64,000 nucleotides of DNA from assembly GCA_003344405.1 (NCBI GenBank), contig NOWV01000019.1, positions 186,001 through 250,000 of the forward strand. Direction: 5' to 3'. Made by a program: the position numbers and the translations under genes. Below the pieces are notes generated by a model. The model made no database searches, had not been told where the DNA came from, and saw only the letters and a program-made list of their open reading frames with translations. This DNA comes from Trichoplax sp. H2 (lineage: Eukaryota). Below are positions 40,505 through 52,300 of the stretch, in pieces (the first letter of the stretch is position 1; each line of letters starts with the position of its first letter).

Positions 40505-41580
40505 ACCTGCAAAGCACAATGACATAATTTTGCTAGTTCTCAATTTTGAATAGGTCGGCAAAAGTTTTATTCCATTGATAGCTCCAGCCTAGAAGAATTT
40601 CTGAAACCCTAACCCTAATATGATCTATATACATCAACAAGACTCAATGACCTAAATACAGATGCATCAACAAGGCTCAATGACCTAATTTTACTAATTC
40701 TCAATTTCTAATTCATAACAAAATTGGATTCCATTGATAGCTCCAACCTAGAAGAATATCTGAAACCCTAACCCTAATATGATCTATATACATCAACAAG
40801 ACTCAATGACCTAAATACAGATGCATCAACAAGGCTCAATGACCTAATTTTACTAATTCTCAATTTCTAATTCATAAGCAAAATTGGATTCCATTGATAT
40901 CTCTAATCCAATACATAATTAGATATACCAACAAGGTTCAATCAACTCATTTTGCTAGTTCTTAATTTCTAATCTATAGGCGAAACTTTTTCCTTTTCAT
41001 ATCTCCAATCTATTATACGTATGTATCAACAAGGCATAATCACTTAATTTTGCTCCTTCTCAATTTCCAATAGTTAGGCAAAGTTTTAATCGATTAATAT
41101 CTCCTACCAAATAGAATTATGTCACATATACACCAACAAGACTCAATCACCTGATTTTGCTAGTTCTTAATTTCTAATCTATAGGTAAAGCTTTTTTCAT
41201 CTATATCTCCAATCTATTGTCCCTGTGCATCAACAAAGCACGATCACTTAATTTTGCTCGTTCTCAATTTCTAATGGATAGGCAAAGTTTTAATCTATTA
41301 ATATCTCTCACCTAATATAATTGTATATATATACAGGACATCAACAAGGCTCAATAATCCAATTTTACGAGTTCTCAATTTCTGATAAATACTTGTATAA
41401 TTACATGCACCAATAAGGCTCAATGACCTAACTTGCTAGTTCTCAACTTCTAATCCATGGGCAAAATTTTTCCACTGATATCTATTATACGTACGCACAA
41501 TAAGACACAATCACCTAATTTTGCTAGTTCTCAATTTTTTATTCATAGGCAAAATTTTTCCATTCATATCTCCAATGAAT
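40505..41580. repeat. Minisatellite of ~80-100-bp degenerate units, including two near-identical ~159-bp copies with CCCTAACCCTAA
   Basis: Recurrent CA(T/C)CAACAAGGCTCAAT(G/C)ACCTAATTTTGCTAGTTCTCAATTTCTAAT; 40570-40728 is nearly identical to 40729-40888. Confidence 0.9.
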
Positions 41581-43391
41581 TCTTTAGCTAGTCTAATCAA
41601 TAAAACTGAATGTCTGTTTCACAAAAATCTTAACAGGCTCTTTCAATACCATTTCCAAATCCCTTACAGACAGTACAATCCCGTGAATGTCAACCAAAAA
41701 GGGCTCTTGGTAATAATAACATCACATCTGTGGAAAAATTTTGATATCAGTATTATTAATTTCTTTAATGTATCCTTTACAATAATCACCCTTCGGTTTT
41801 TCTAAATATCGTAATCATCAATATTTAGAAGTCAGCATACTGCAATAAGTGTCTTAATTCTTGATAATTAATAAGAATTATTTTTAGATTCGTCCCTTAC
41901 AACCTTAAATAGCAGTACTAATAAATTATTCTGTAGTTAAACGTCAATCTTTATCTTCTCTTTCCATGTGTAAATCCGAACCCTAATCCTATTCAGAAAG
42001 AGTCAGAGCTAAATGCTATATTTAGATTTCAAAATCATAATGACTACTACGGGCCAAGCCGCGGGAAATCGATTGGATGGACCACTAAAATAAGAAGATA
42101 TTATGCTAATCGAAATAGGGATAGATAAAATATTTACTTCGAGAATAGAATGAAGAAGATAGGATTCAATCACTGCAGATCAAAAATTACTAAACTGATG
42201 CATCAGATTTTAGTTGGTTTACCTTCAATTTTATAATTAGTCTGTAGTAAATAATGAAATAATGTAATACTAGATGGATCATCCTTGATATCACTAATCC
42301 TGAATGTTAATGATATTAAAATGTCAACAGTTCCAAACAAGTTGTTAGTGATCATTGGATCTGATTGGTTTAAGTGATAGATAAACAATGGTACAATCGC
42401 ATCGGAAATTGCAAAAAACCGAGAAAATAATAATATTGACTATTCCAACGTTCCCTACGGTTATGCGGTATTGTTTTAGGAACGTTATACAAATATATTT
42501 ATTCTATCCTCCCTATGTATAAAACTAATTATAGTTATTCTACACATCCGGACTCGATCAGTGTGTGATAAACTTTACTATTAATCACCTTATCTAGTTT
42601 AGTATTTTACTAATACTGGGTTTCAATATTATTTTGGAATGTTAGAATATCTGTGAGCTCTATCGAATGTCTTTCACTTCTTTCTATGAAGGAAAGAACT
42701 GCTATGATAGGTTATTGGCAATATTCTTACACGAAATTACAACTGTATATCTTATTCTTAGCTAAATAGATTATAGTTACATTATAAAGTATATAAGTAA
42801 AAAACATTACTATATGATAGTCATTTCAGCTGAAAATTCTTCCAATATAGTTTCTTGAAAACTACTCTGCGAATAAATCCATAAAGTATAACAAAATCTG
42901 CTATGCTACTACGATTACTTTGCTGCTATTTGCATGCTCTTCATCATTATTGACATGCTCTTAAATATAGTTGTAACCTTAATAATTGGTATTTAATGCT
43001 TATATCACTGGTTCTTTATTAAGATCAATGATTAGTCATACATTGCATTGATCATGCCGTCAACTTATTTAGTTCAAAAAGATCTATGTTGCATAAAATG
43101 GATCATCATTAATAGGAAGGTCAGGATTTTGTGAAATATTTTTATTCTGATATTATGAAGAAATATTATTTTATTGGTCTACACGTAAATTAAGCTATAT
43201 GAGTACATTCTTGGTTTTTGCAACAGTGTTTCGTCTAGTGATCTATTCCCTTTACTATATAGTTACTCTCTACAAGTATTGTACTACAATACTAGTGAAG
43301 ATTTCACCATCACGGCGGATCGCTATTTTGCTCAACTATCATAGCAATTACACAATTTTTACATTCTTCGATAACTTTAAAATCAAAAACG

Positions 43392-43485
43392 ATAGTACAC
43401 TCTACCATATCAGTCATTGTAGGATTCTAATAAAAAAAAACAATAGTACACTCTACCATATCAGCCATTGTAGGATTCTAATAAA
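43392..43485. repeat. Short tandem duplication (~52 bp x 2)
   Basis: ATAGTACACTCTACCATATCAG(T/C)CATTGTAGGATTCTAATAAAA occurs twice. Confidence 0.9.
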
Positions 43486-44788
43486 ATTACAGAATCCATG
43501 AAAATACGACAAAGAATCTACAATAATTGTCGTAGAATGTTACCAAGTAGTTAAGTCATCTGATTAATTAATTTGATATCCATGATCATATTGCATTATC
43601 TAAATCGATGACTAGGCATTACGCAAAGTAATTAAAGATCTTTAAGCTATATTTCTACGCTATCGGTGAAGTTTATGAACTGCACAAAGCTAAATTCTAG
43701 ATTGATATAAAGGGTATATAAAAATTATCGATGTCAATATAGTCAATTTTATGCTTCATAGTCGAAACTCCATCGCAACATTATTGTCGATATTAATGAT
43801 ATTGAAATCGATTTAAAGTCGATCATTTATCTCGAAATAACTTAGTTAACTAAAAATACCATAGGCTTCTCAATTAAGTAGAAATATTAGCAATATTTGC
43901 AAGATATTGATTTTTCACTGCGCACTACCCCATATAATTTTTCATCGGTAATTCTGAATCAAGAGTAGAGCTGGTAGTCTCATAGAATAAGTTATAAATT
44001 GTGCCGCATTTGTTTATTCAACAAATAAAGTCGTTATCAAAATTGAAAATCTCTCATAACTTGATGTTCGACCCTCATTAAATTATCAATTATTTAATGA
44101 TAAAAAATAATTCTTAATTATATGATAGATTAAATTTACGGTAACTCTATAAATTTTTATCACTGCTAAATTCATTTGTATCTAGTATTTGTCCAGGAAC
44201 AGATGGATATTAAATAATAAATGACCAAAGATTGTGCAAGTCATTTACTTCCTATTCAGCTTGAAAAAAACATATTTAAATGATTGTTCTATACGTCGGT
44301 AACAGTCAACTTTGACAGCATTGTTGGTAGAATCAAGTTAATTTTTTTATCCCTAAACTGATTGTTCTTTACTTTATATATGTTTGCCTTAAATAAGCAA
44401 AAATATTACCGACGTAAAAAAATAACAACAGTATCATAAATATACTTTTTAAATTCGTATAAAGCTAGCAAGTGAGGTAAGGCTAGGTCTTCATAACTGC
44501 ATCAGTATTATTTACAATAATAGCATTACAAAGATAAGCAAAAATAATCATGAGCCTTAGAATACTGTATTACCCTTGTTTGCTAGTGTTTAATAAAACT
44601 TGGCTAAATCAATCAATCGTTACAGAAAACTAAAGAGGTTCTTCCATTGCAAGAAATCAGCTCTACGGATAATATTAATATCTTACTCTTAAGTAGAGCC
44701 TCATCATTTAAATTAATTACTGATTATTTCATAAAGCAGCAATAATAAGCTCATGCTTAGGTAACCAAAAGTTAGGCATTATGTTGAA

Positions 44789-45361
44789 TTATATATAAAA
44801 TTCAATGCATCCGTTATCTTGGCATGTCTTGGCTATGCCGAGTGGCCGATACTGAACACTAAAAGCATCATCGGTATGATAACCTTGAAAGCAATAACCT
44901 GCTAAACTTTGGTGCTCTTTAGTGAATTTCCAGATATTTTTTAAGTAGAATTTTTGATTACATCCATGACACAGGAAGGTTGTGCCTGTTTGATCTTGAG
45001 CTACGATATCGACTAAACGTGGCGAATGATACAGTTGGCAACTTTTAGGCGTTTGATGTGCCGGATAATACTCGTGATGGCAACGGACACAGTGAATAAT
45101 GCCTGCTGTTGGAAATCGATGTGCTGGTAGAAGTTGACTTAATGCTCTAATTGATCTAATTTCTTTCTTTTTTAAAACTCGTTGGAGGTAACGATGAACC
45201 TCTTGACCTTGCAATGACTGCAATAAGCTGGTTAAGCGCGACCATTCCGACTCAAGATACTGACATTCTTGGGGCTCACAACTTTCATCGCTATTCAGAG
45301 TATCAATGCTACTGTATTTACTTACGACGGATTCAGCATCCGATCTCGTATCGATAGACAT
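44789..45361 (-). CDS. Uncharacterised 190-aa protein with a putative Zn-binding Cys/His domain, single coding exon
   Basis: 573-nt ORF in very AT-rich surroundings, start context AAAATGTC. Motifs HCVRCHHEY-x8-C-x3-H, CHGC, YCFQGYHTDD and C-x4-C. Confidence 0.8.
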   Translation of the reverse strand: MSIDTRSDAESVVSKYSSIDTLNSDESCEPQECQYLESEWSRLTSLLQSLQGQEVHRYLQRVLKKKEIRSIRALSQLLPAHRFPTAGIIHCVRCHHEYYPAHQTPKSCQLYHSPRLVDIVAQDQTGTTFLCHGCNQKFYLKNIWKFTKEHQSLAGYCFQGYHTDDAFSVQYRPLGIAKTCQDNGCIEFYI

Positions 45362-48300
45362 TTTAGATAAATTGACTATCTTATAAAATAATTAGCTCTC
45401 CTTTTCAATTAGAATTTTGGCAATAACTCTTAAAATAACTGTTAAGAATAAAATAATCAAGCTCGCGAAGCCTGAATAATTGAATAATTTGACTTTTAGC
45501 AGTTAAAATATAAGAATGGTCCAGAGAAGCAATATTACGGATTAGGGCAGAATATCCAAAATTGATAATAAGATTGATTTTTCGTGAAAAAATTTTCTCT
45601 ATCCAAATAAGAAATGGGAAAATAGCCTTATGCCATGAAAATGTTCTATAAAAGAGTTCTTCGTTGATATAGTTCTATAATCTTATTAATACGTTAATTT
45701 TTTTCAACAGAAAATGGTTAGATAAGCATTAAGTGGTCTTTTTAACACGTTGTAATCTGCTTGTTTTATCCACCTTTCTTTTTCACCGTAAAAGCTGGAC
45801 TTTAAGAGATAAACAAAATTGTACTTTCATCAACTATCGTAGCCCGTAAGCAAGAATTCTGAGATCCAGTAATGAATTCTAATGTCTTGGTAGCCTTTAA
45901 CTGTTTCCAACAAATGATGAGATTTTTTGAAACGAAGGAGGCGAAAACGTTAGCCAATATATTGATTACGCTTTTATAAACCGCTAATCAATGATTTAGC
46001 GGTAATAAAAAATACGGTCGATTACTGGCGTAGTAGCTATATGCCCAATCGATAATGAGAACCTTTAAAAGCCACAGAATAATGTTGAACAAAATCTTGT
46101 GAACTTTATCGCCTTGTTTTTAAAATCTTCGAGCTAGAATTCTACACTAAACAGTAGTAAGATGTTTGAGGAAAACAGGGTTTTCTGCGATGTTAAGTTA
46201 CGGATAATAGTAAATGGTGTTTTTGTAATCAATACTTTAACTAGTTACAATCATCAATCAATCCCTAGTTAAAACAACTGAAATAAATATAGAATTAAAG
46301 AAATTAATCAATTCAGTTTTAGTTAGGCATCAATTAAAATGAACTAATTACTCAGTTCAATAAATGGCATTCTTTCTATTATTATTATGATTTGAATAGT
46401 TTATTGAAATGATCATCAACAGATTTGGCTATTTTTGACCTCTTTAACATATCAGGCGTAAGGTAAGTTGACTAATGGACTAAGTTAGTTCATACTTGAT
46501 TCATGAATCATGGTAATCACGGAAATATCATTTAAATTAGGTAAGATTTATTAATTTTAAAGTAGAAATAAATTATTTTACTACAAGATAACGAATAAAT
46601 TTAGCTCTAGATAAAATAAAGTTATTTAGATAAGGAAAAGATGAAACAAATTAAATAAATGAACTTCCATTCTGAGCGAATGGGGAGGAGATTAATACCC
46701 ATGCTAGTAAGCTGGCGTTTAATTCGTTGCAATATACCTTTGTTAGCATTATTTTATTGACATAAGTGGACATCACATGGTAGGGAAATTGGTGATTGGT
46801 GGTTGAAGTAACGCTGGAATGTCATTTTTTAGATTAGTTAAGGTTACTATTGTATCTTTATTTTGTGAAAGGTTACGAGCATGGTGTTAACAATATTAAC
46901 ACGATTTACTAGCTATTCTTTTGAGATGGAACATCCCTTAGGCAAATTGCTCTCCTTTATTCCTTATCCCTTTCCCTAAATAATTTATTATTCTCCATGT
47001 CTGGCCATTATGTCCTTTTCACTTGTGTTTATAACTTACAATTTAAAATTGATCTGAAACTAGTTTAAAGTTATAAGGCAAAGGGATGTTGTAGTTTACT
47101 CTAACAACTTGAAATGATTCTGTATGATATTTTCGCACCTATTTCCATTATAGTGTTGTTGATCACGATGGCATTGAATGATAACAAAACAGCGTTTTAA
47201 TGTAGTAAAATCTTATTTCCCGTCATGTAGACTCCATTAAAATTGGTTAATATTTTATTATGTAATCTATTACGGCATCTATTATTGTAATGTTATAGTA
47301 TTGTAAATAGCGCCTAACTCACGTTGTATCTAAAGTTGTTATCTTCTAATTTAAAGTAATTGTCTACTATCGTGAGCACCCTTTCATGAATAGTATTCTT
47401 CAGTTTCTTCGGTTAATTAAAATTTTCTGCCAAGCACAATCGATCAAATATTTCATGCCAGACGACCATAGTTTCGACCATATCAATGTAGAATATTATT
47501 GTGGAGAGGATCCTATTACGCAGCTAAATTGATTGATTTTTAATCCAAATGAAGCCATGATTTCCTACGGATTGCTTGTTAGCGGGTAGTGTTTATATTC
47601 TATATAAATAATTCCTAGCAGTTACAGTGATAGGGTGTAGTATTGAAAGTGGCATTTATCCTGAAATTGATATTCACAACATCTAGAATGGGCAGATATT
47701 TACTTAAAATTATAACATAAGAATGAGCCAAAAGCTCTTTAGTCGGTCATCAACTTGCTCTTATCCATAATCATCGCTTTTTCCATCGGCTATCGTATTA
47801 ATCTATATGCCTGGATGCACGTGAATCACGCGCTATATTGAGTAAATATACTCGATATTACGTACGTGCGACACGTACTAAATTAGGTATATCATAGGCA
47901 AATTTCATTGACTATGTAAATCAATTTTGACCATAGAACATCGCTATAAATAGCACTGATTAATTACCAGGTTGATGTAATCATGATTTTCAAATTTTTA
48001 AAGTGTCGGTGACTACCACACAGAATATCTTCTCATCGAAATACGGTAATAATAAAAATATCAAGGCATTATCGATGATTGAAGCTAAAATAGCTTACAC
48101 ATTCGGTAAACTAGCAACATCATACCTTCGGATGGCTGAATTCTCATTTGAAGAAGTTCCTGTCACGTAGTCGTTAGAAGTAACAATTTGTATAATAATT
48201 GTAACTTACGTAGTCGTTGTAATATAGCAATTTTTATAGTACCCGGTTATCACTGCAGCTCAAGTAAACAAAGTAAACTAACAACGCTGATAATATCCAA

Positions 48301-49314
48301 CCCTCGCAGCATATAAAGGTAGAAACTTATTGCTTGTGAACGGGAAATTTCCGGATATTATTATCGATATTATTATAGGAGACGATATAATTTAATTGAT
48401 TCTGTTTTGCTTTATCAGCATTTTGCTATTATGGGTTAATTAGGATTAGCAAGATTTTCTATAATTATAATCTTGCCTTTTGAAATCGATTAGTGTTTAA
48501 GAGCAATCTACTCATTGAGTTACCCTACAATTAGTAGGCCTAGGGTTAGATAATTCAGCTTAAATGTCATGACAAGCATAAAGCAATATTATCTCATAGA
48601 GAATTACTAGCAAAAATGAAATACTCTTATAATATTATTTCATTATGATGATAGAAATTTATATAGGTGAAAGCTAATCTGATAACAATGTGCAGTATAT
48701 AAACAAAGACTTGCAGAAATATCAGAACACAAATCTACTTTACTAATCTCATTAAGCTTCTGAAAAGAATTGCAGTTTAATCATTATTTGGTATCATAAT
48801 TATTTATTATTTTTCAATTATTTATTGTACAATAATGATTCAAATATTAATATATTGATCACGGAAAATTTAGAGTTCGAGTAAGACACGCTTGTTAAGT
48901 AAAGAATCACATCCGCTAAAAAGATATATTTGTATATAGAATTAGATATACTCATATATACTCATATATATATACACCAAGTAGGGATGATGTCGCTTAA
49001 GTTGTTATAGTAATGTAATCTTTACCAATTTGAAAAATTATTGACTCGGAGTCGAAACAAACGCAAAAATCAAATTATTTCAGTTGTTATGAGTAGCTTA
49101 TTTGACTTATAAATGATATATCAAGAAATATTTGCATAAATTCGTTTTAAAATATCATATATGTAAAATGAAAAAGGTGGATATCCATGAATAACATTTT
49201 GTAGATAGTTTTTCCAAGTAGTTTGCGTTGGAAAGTAATGAGGCTTTCACGTTCTTCAAATGAGTTAATTTTGTTTTATATCAAAATTGGATAATATGAT
49301 ATATGGAGGATAAA

Positions 49315-52300
49315 TTAGCGGACCGGCAACACCGAAGTTGGCTTATTCTTAATACTAGCTGTCACTAGGCCTGCTTTTTTCTTCTGCATATCGCCAGTTT
49401 TGCCGTAGAAAAACTAAGAATTGGTGGCAAAAAATTATAGTAGTCAAAAATATGTAAGAAATAGTCTGACAAATTTGTAAGGAATTTAAAACATGATTTA
49501 GTTATTTACCCTATGCTCTGTTCTTATGCGAGCATTATAGAATGCAGCGGAATCAGTATTTTCTTGCTGTTAACGTTCAAGAGAAGAGAGAAAATTTTAA
49601 CAACACTTATGAAATAGGAAGCTTGATTCTATTTGCTACGAGTTTTATAGTTTATTATAATTTTTGAATATTATAAACTTAATTTATGTATTAGGAAAAC
49701 ATTTACACGAATTAGCTGCTGATTTACCTGAAGTAAGTCTAATTTTAACCTTTCGAATTTTTCTTGATCATCTTCGATCTAATTATTTATTGTACGATAA
49801 GATGATTAAAACGCATGCCTTCCAGTAGAAATTATAAAACTTTCATAGTCGACATACCGCAATGGCCATGGCAATATGAGCATTAGGTTTATCTGGTGTA
49901 GCCAAGCTGTTAATATGCTCATCAGAAGGTAAATAGGTGTCAGAATACCATTCATCGAAATCATGCACTAATCGTTGACGGCATTGATCAAGTATCTTTT
50001 GGCAATAATCTAGTTCGGCTTTTTTGTCTCGTAGTGTTTCATAATCTTTTCGATATTTTGCTTTTGACTAGTGAAATTTAAAGCCAAGATAAGTTTAAAT
50101 ATCTTTAACTCCAAAAAATACCATAAGCATACATTTGCAGTCATTAAGTGGTACATTTAGATAAATGTCAATTTTTCGAATCGTGAAGCAAATAAGCAAG
50201 TATTACCATTCACGCAATTACTGGTCAGTTGTATAAATTTTGCCTACACAATTTGCGTAATCCCACTAAAAAATAGACCATATAATTATTTTGCTATGTC
50301 TTACATCCTTTAAGTCTTTTAAATATGAAAATTCTTCTTCGTCAATAATAGGCTCTCCAGATTCGGTTAGTAATTCACCATTAGTTTCCGTCTCGCTTCT
50401 TTTCTCATCTAATAGATTTCTGACCTAAAGATCATTAAAGTTCATCAAAATTATTGTTAGTGTCGGTTCTTATTGGATTACAAATAAAGTAAAGATCTTA
50501 TGCCTCGTTAGATCTTGAATAAAGACGTCTAAGCTAAGGTTATCCAAAGAATTTTTATATTAAACGTATTGCTACTTTTAGCAATATCATGGGCATTTTA
50601 TATTCTTGAATCCTAACCTGATCAATATGGCGCTTATTAGCATTAACAGAATAGGTTAAGTCTTTGATTGCTTTCTTCTTTTGTTTTACTATATCTACTC
50701 ATGTTTTGAAGATGGCAATGAATGATAGAAAGAGTATGAAATTAGAATAAGTATATGATTCTCGATAGTTTAAAAGGATGATCGATTAGTAACATCTTTT
50801 ACTAATGATAATCAGACCAAGAGTTAGGCAGTCTTATTTCCTAACCTTTATTGTCATTTAAAATTTTAAATATTTCAGCTCCTCTATCTTGTTTAAATAT
50901 TTCGAAAGCCTCTTGCTTAGTAGGAGGTGTGCTACAAAATAGTTACAATGGATAAAGGAAATAAGTATAAAGTTTAATAAAATCCAAAAGACAGAAATAT
51001 GGTATAATTGTAGTAAGCTAATTCGCCAATATACCTGTAGATACTAGCAAATCAGTTTTTATAAATAAAAACATACCTGGGCGCAATAATAGTTTGTTCT
51101 GCAACATGCAGAATTTCATCCCGTACCGGATACGGATCTTGTGTTGGAGTTAACGGCGGAAGATTAGGATGGGATTGAACGTTATGATGATGGCCATAAG
51201 AATGATGATGGATCGAGGGCGAATGGAGATCACCAGCATGTTGATTATGATGATGCACATGATGGTCTAAAAGGGCGTGAGAATGAGCATGAGAGTGGGT
51301 ATGAGAATGAGCGCTACCCAAATGCTGATATTCCAGCTGCTGCTGTTGCAGTTGCGATCTTTCATTATGTTGGGTTGGATGATAAGTTAATGGGTGTTGA
51401 GCATGTTCTGAGGCCTCGCGAGCTTCTGTATGGGTAGCACTTGCAACACGGTGTGCATTCGGATCAGCTAGATTCATCGAAGTGACAGATGATGTGTCAG
51501 AGCTGCCAGTTTTAGGTGGAGAGCTAAAATGTTGATATTGTTTTGAAATTATACAACATTAAAACCGGATCTGCTAATGCCTGTTATTATTGTGCATAGT
51601 ACTCTTAGCTTTAGCTCTCAAATCGTTATTGTAGCAAGAACTTTACCCTATTCGATCTTTATATCGCTTGAACTTGCTTTTTCTTCCTGCCGGTGATAAT
51701 TTGCCATCTTGAGTAACCTATCATAAGTTATAACGTAATAAATTATTACGTGCTGTGTCTATCATATTAAGTTTTATTCATCTGTATAGCACCAGACTAT
51801 AACATTTTAAGTAGCTATGCTACTTACTACACCAACTCCAAAGCCTTGACCTTCGTTTTCGCCTACTTCACGACGGTCATCAACAACCGATATCGTGTTA
51901 CTCTATATATTGATACCACCCAGACATCAACAGTAGATTAGTCAATTTCTTCAAAATTGTTTTTAATAGAGCAGTTACTAAAAAGCGTCGCCGATTTACC
52001 TTTGGCCTAACGACTGGCAAATCATAAGCTGATCCACCTAATTTTCCAGTAGTTCTGCCGTTATAATCATTCCTCGATAAGCTTAGAATAAGAATTAAAA
52101 AGGACTAATAAATACTTAAAATGATACGAAGGGGATTTAATTAGTAGACATAAATGATTTAAAAGTTAAGTTTCATTATGAGAAAAAAATTTTACCTCAT
52201 TTGATTTTTAAATTCTTGGAAAACAGCCTTAACTTGCCGCACACTCTCAATCTAAAATAGATATTCAATATGAGTAGGGTAAATTTTAATATGCACGACT

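Noticed and set aside
47826..47870. Short hairpin (ATATTGAGTA-AATA-TACTCGATAT) as a pre-miRNA
   Set aside because: The stem is too short and AT-rich, and there is no other evidence.
48342..48352. GGGAAATTTCC NF-kB-like site
   Set aside because: Single occurrence with no linked TSS; chance cannot be excluded.
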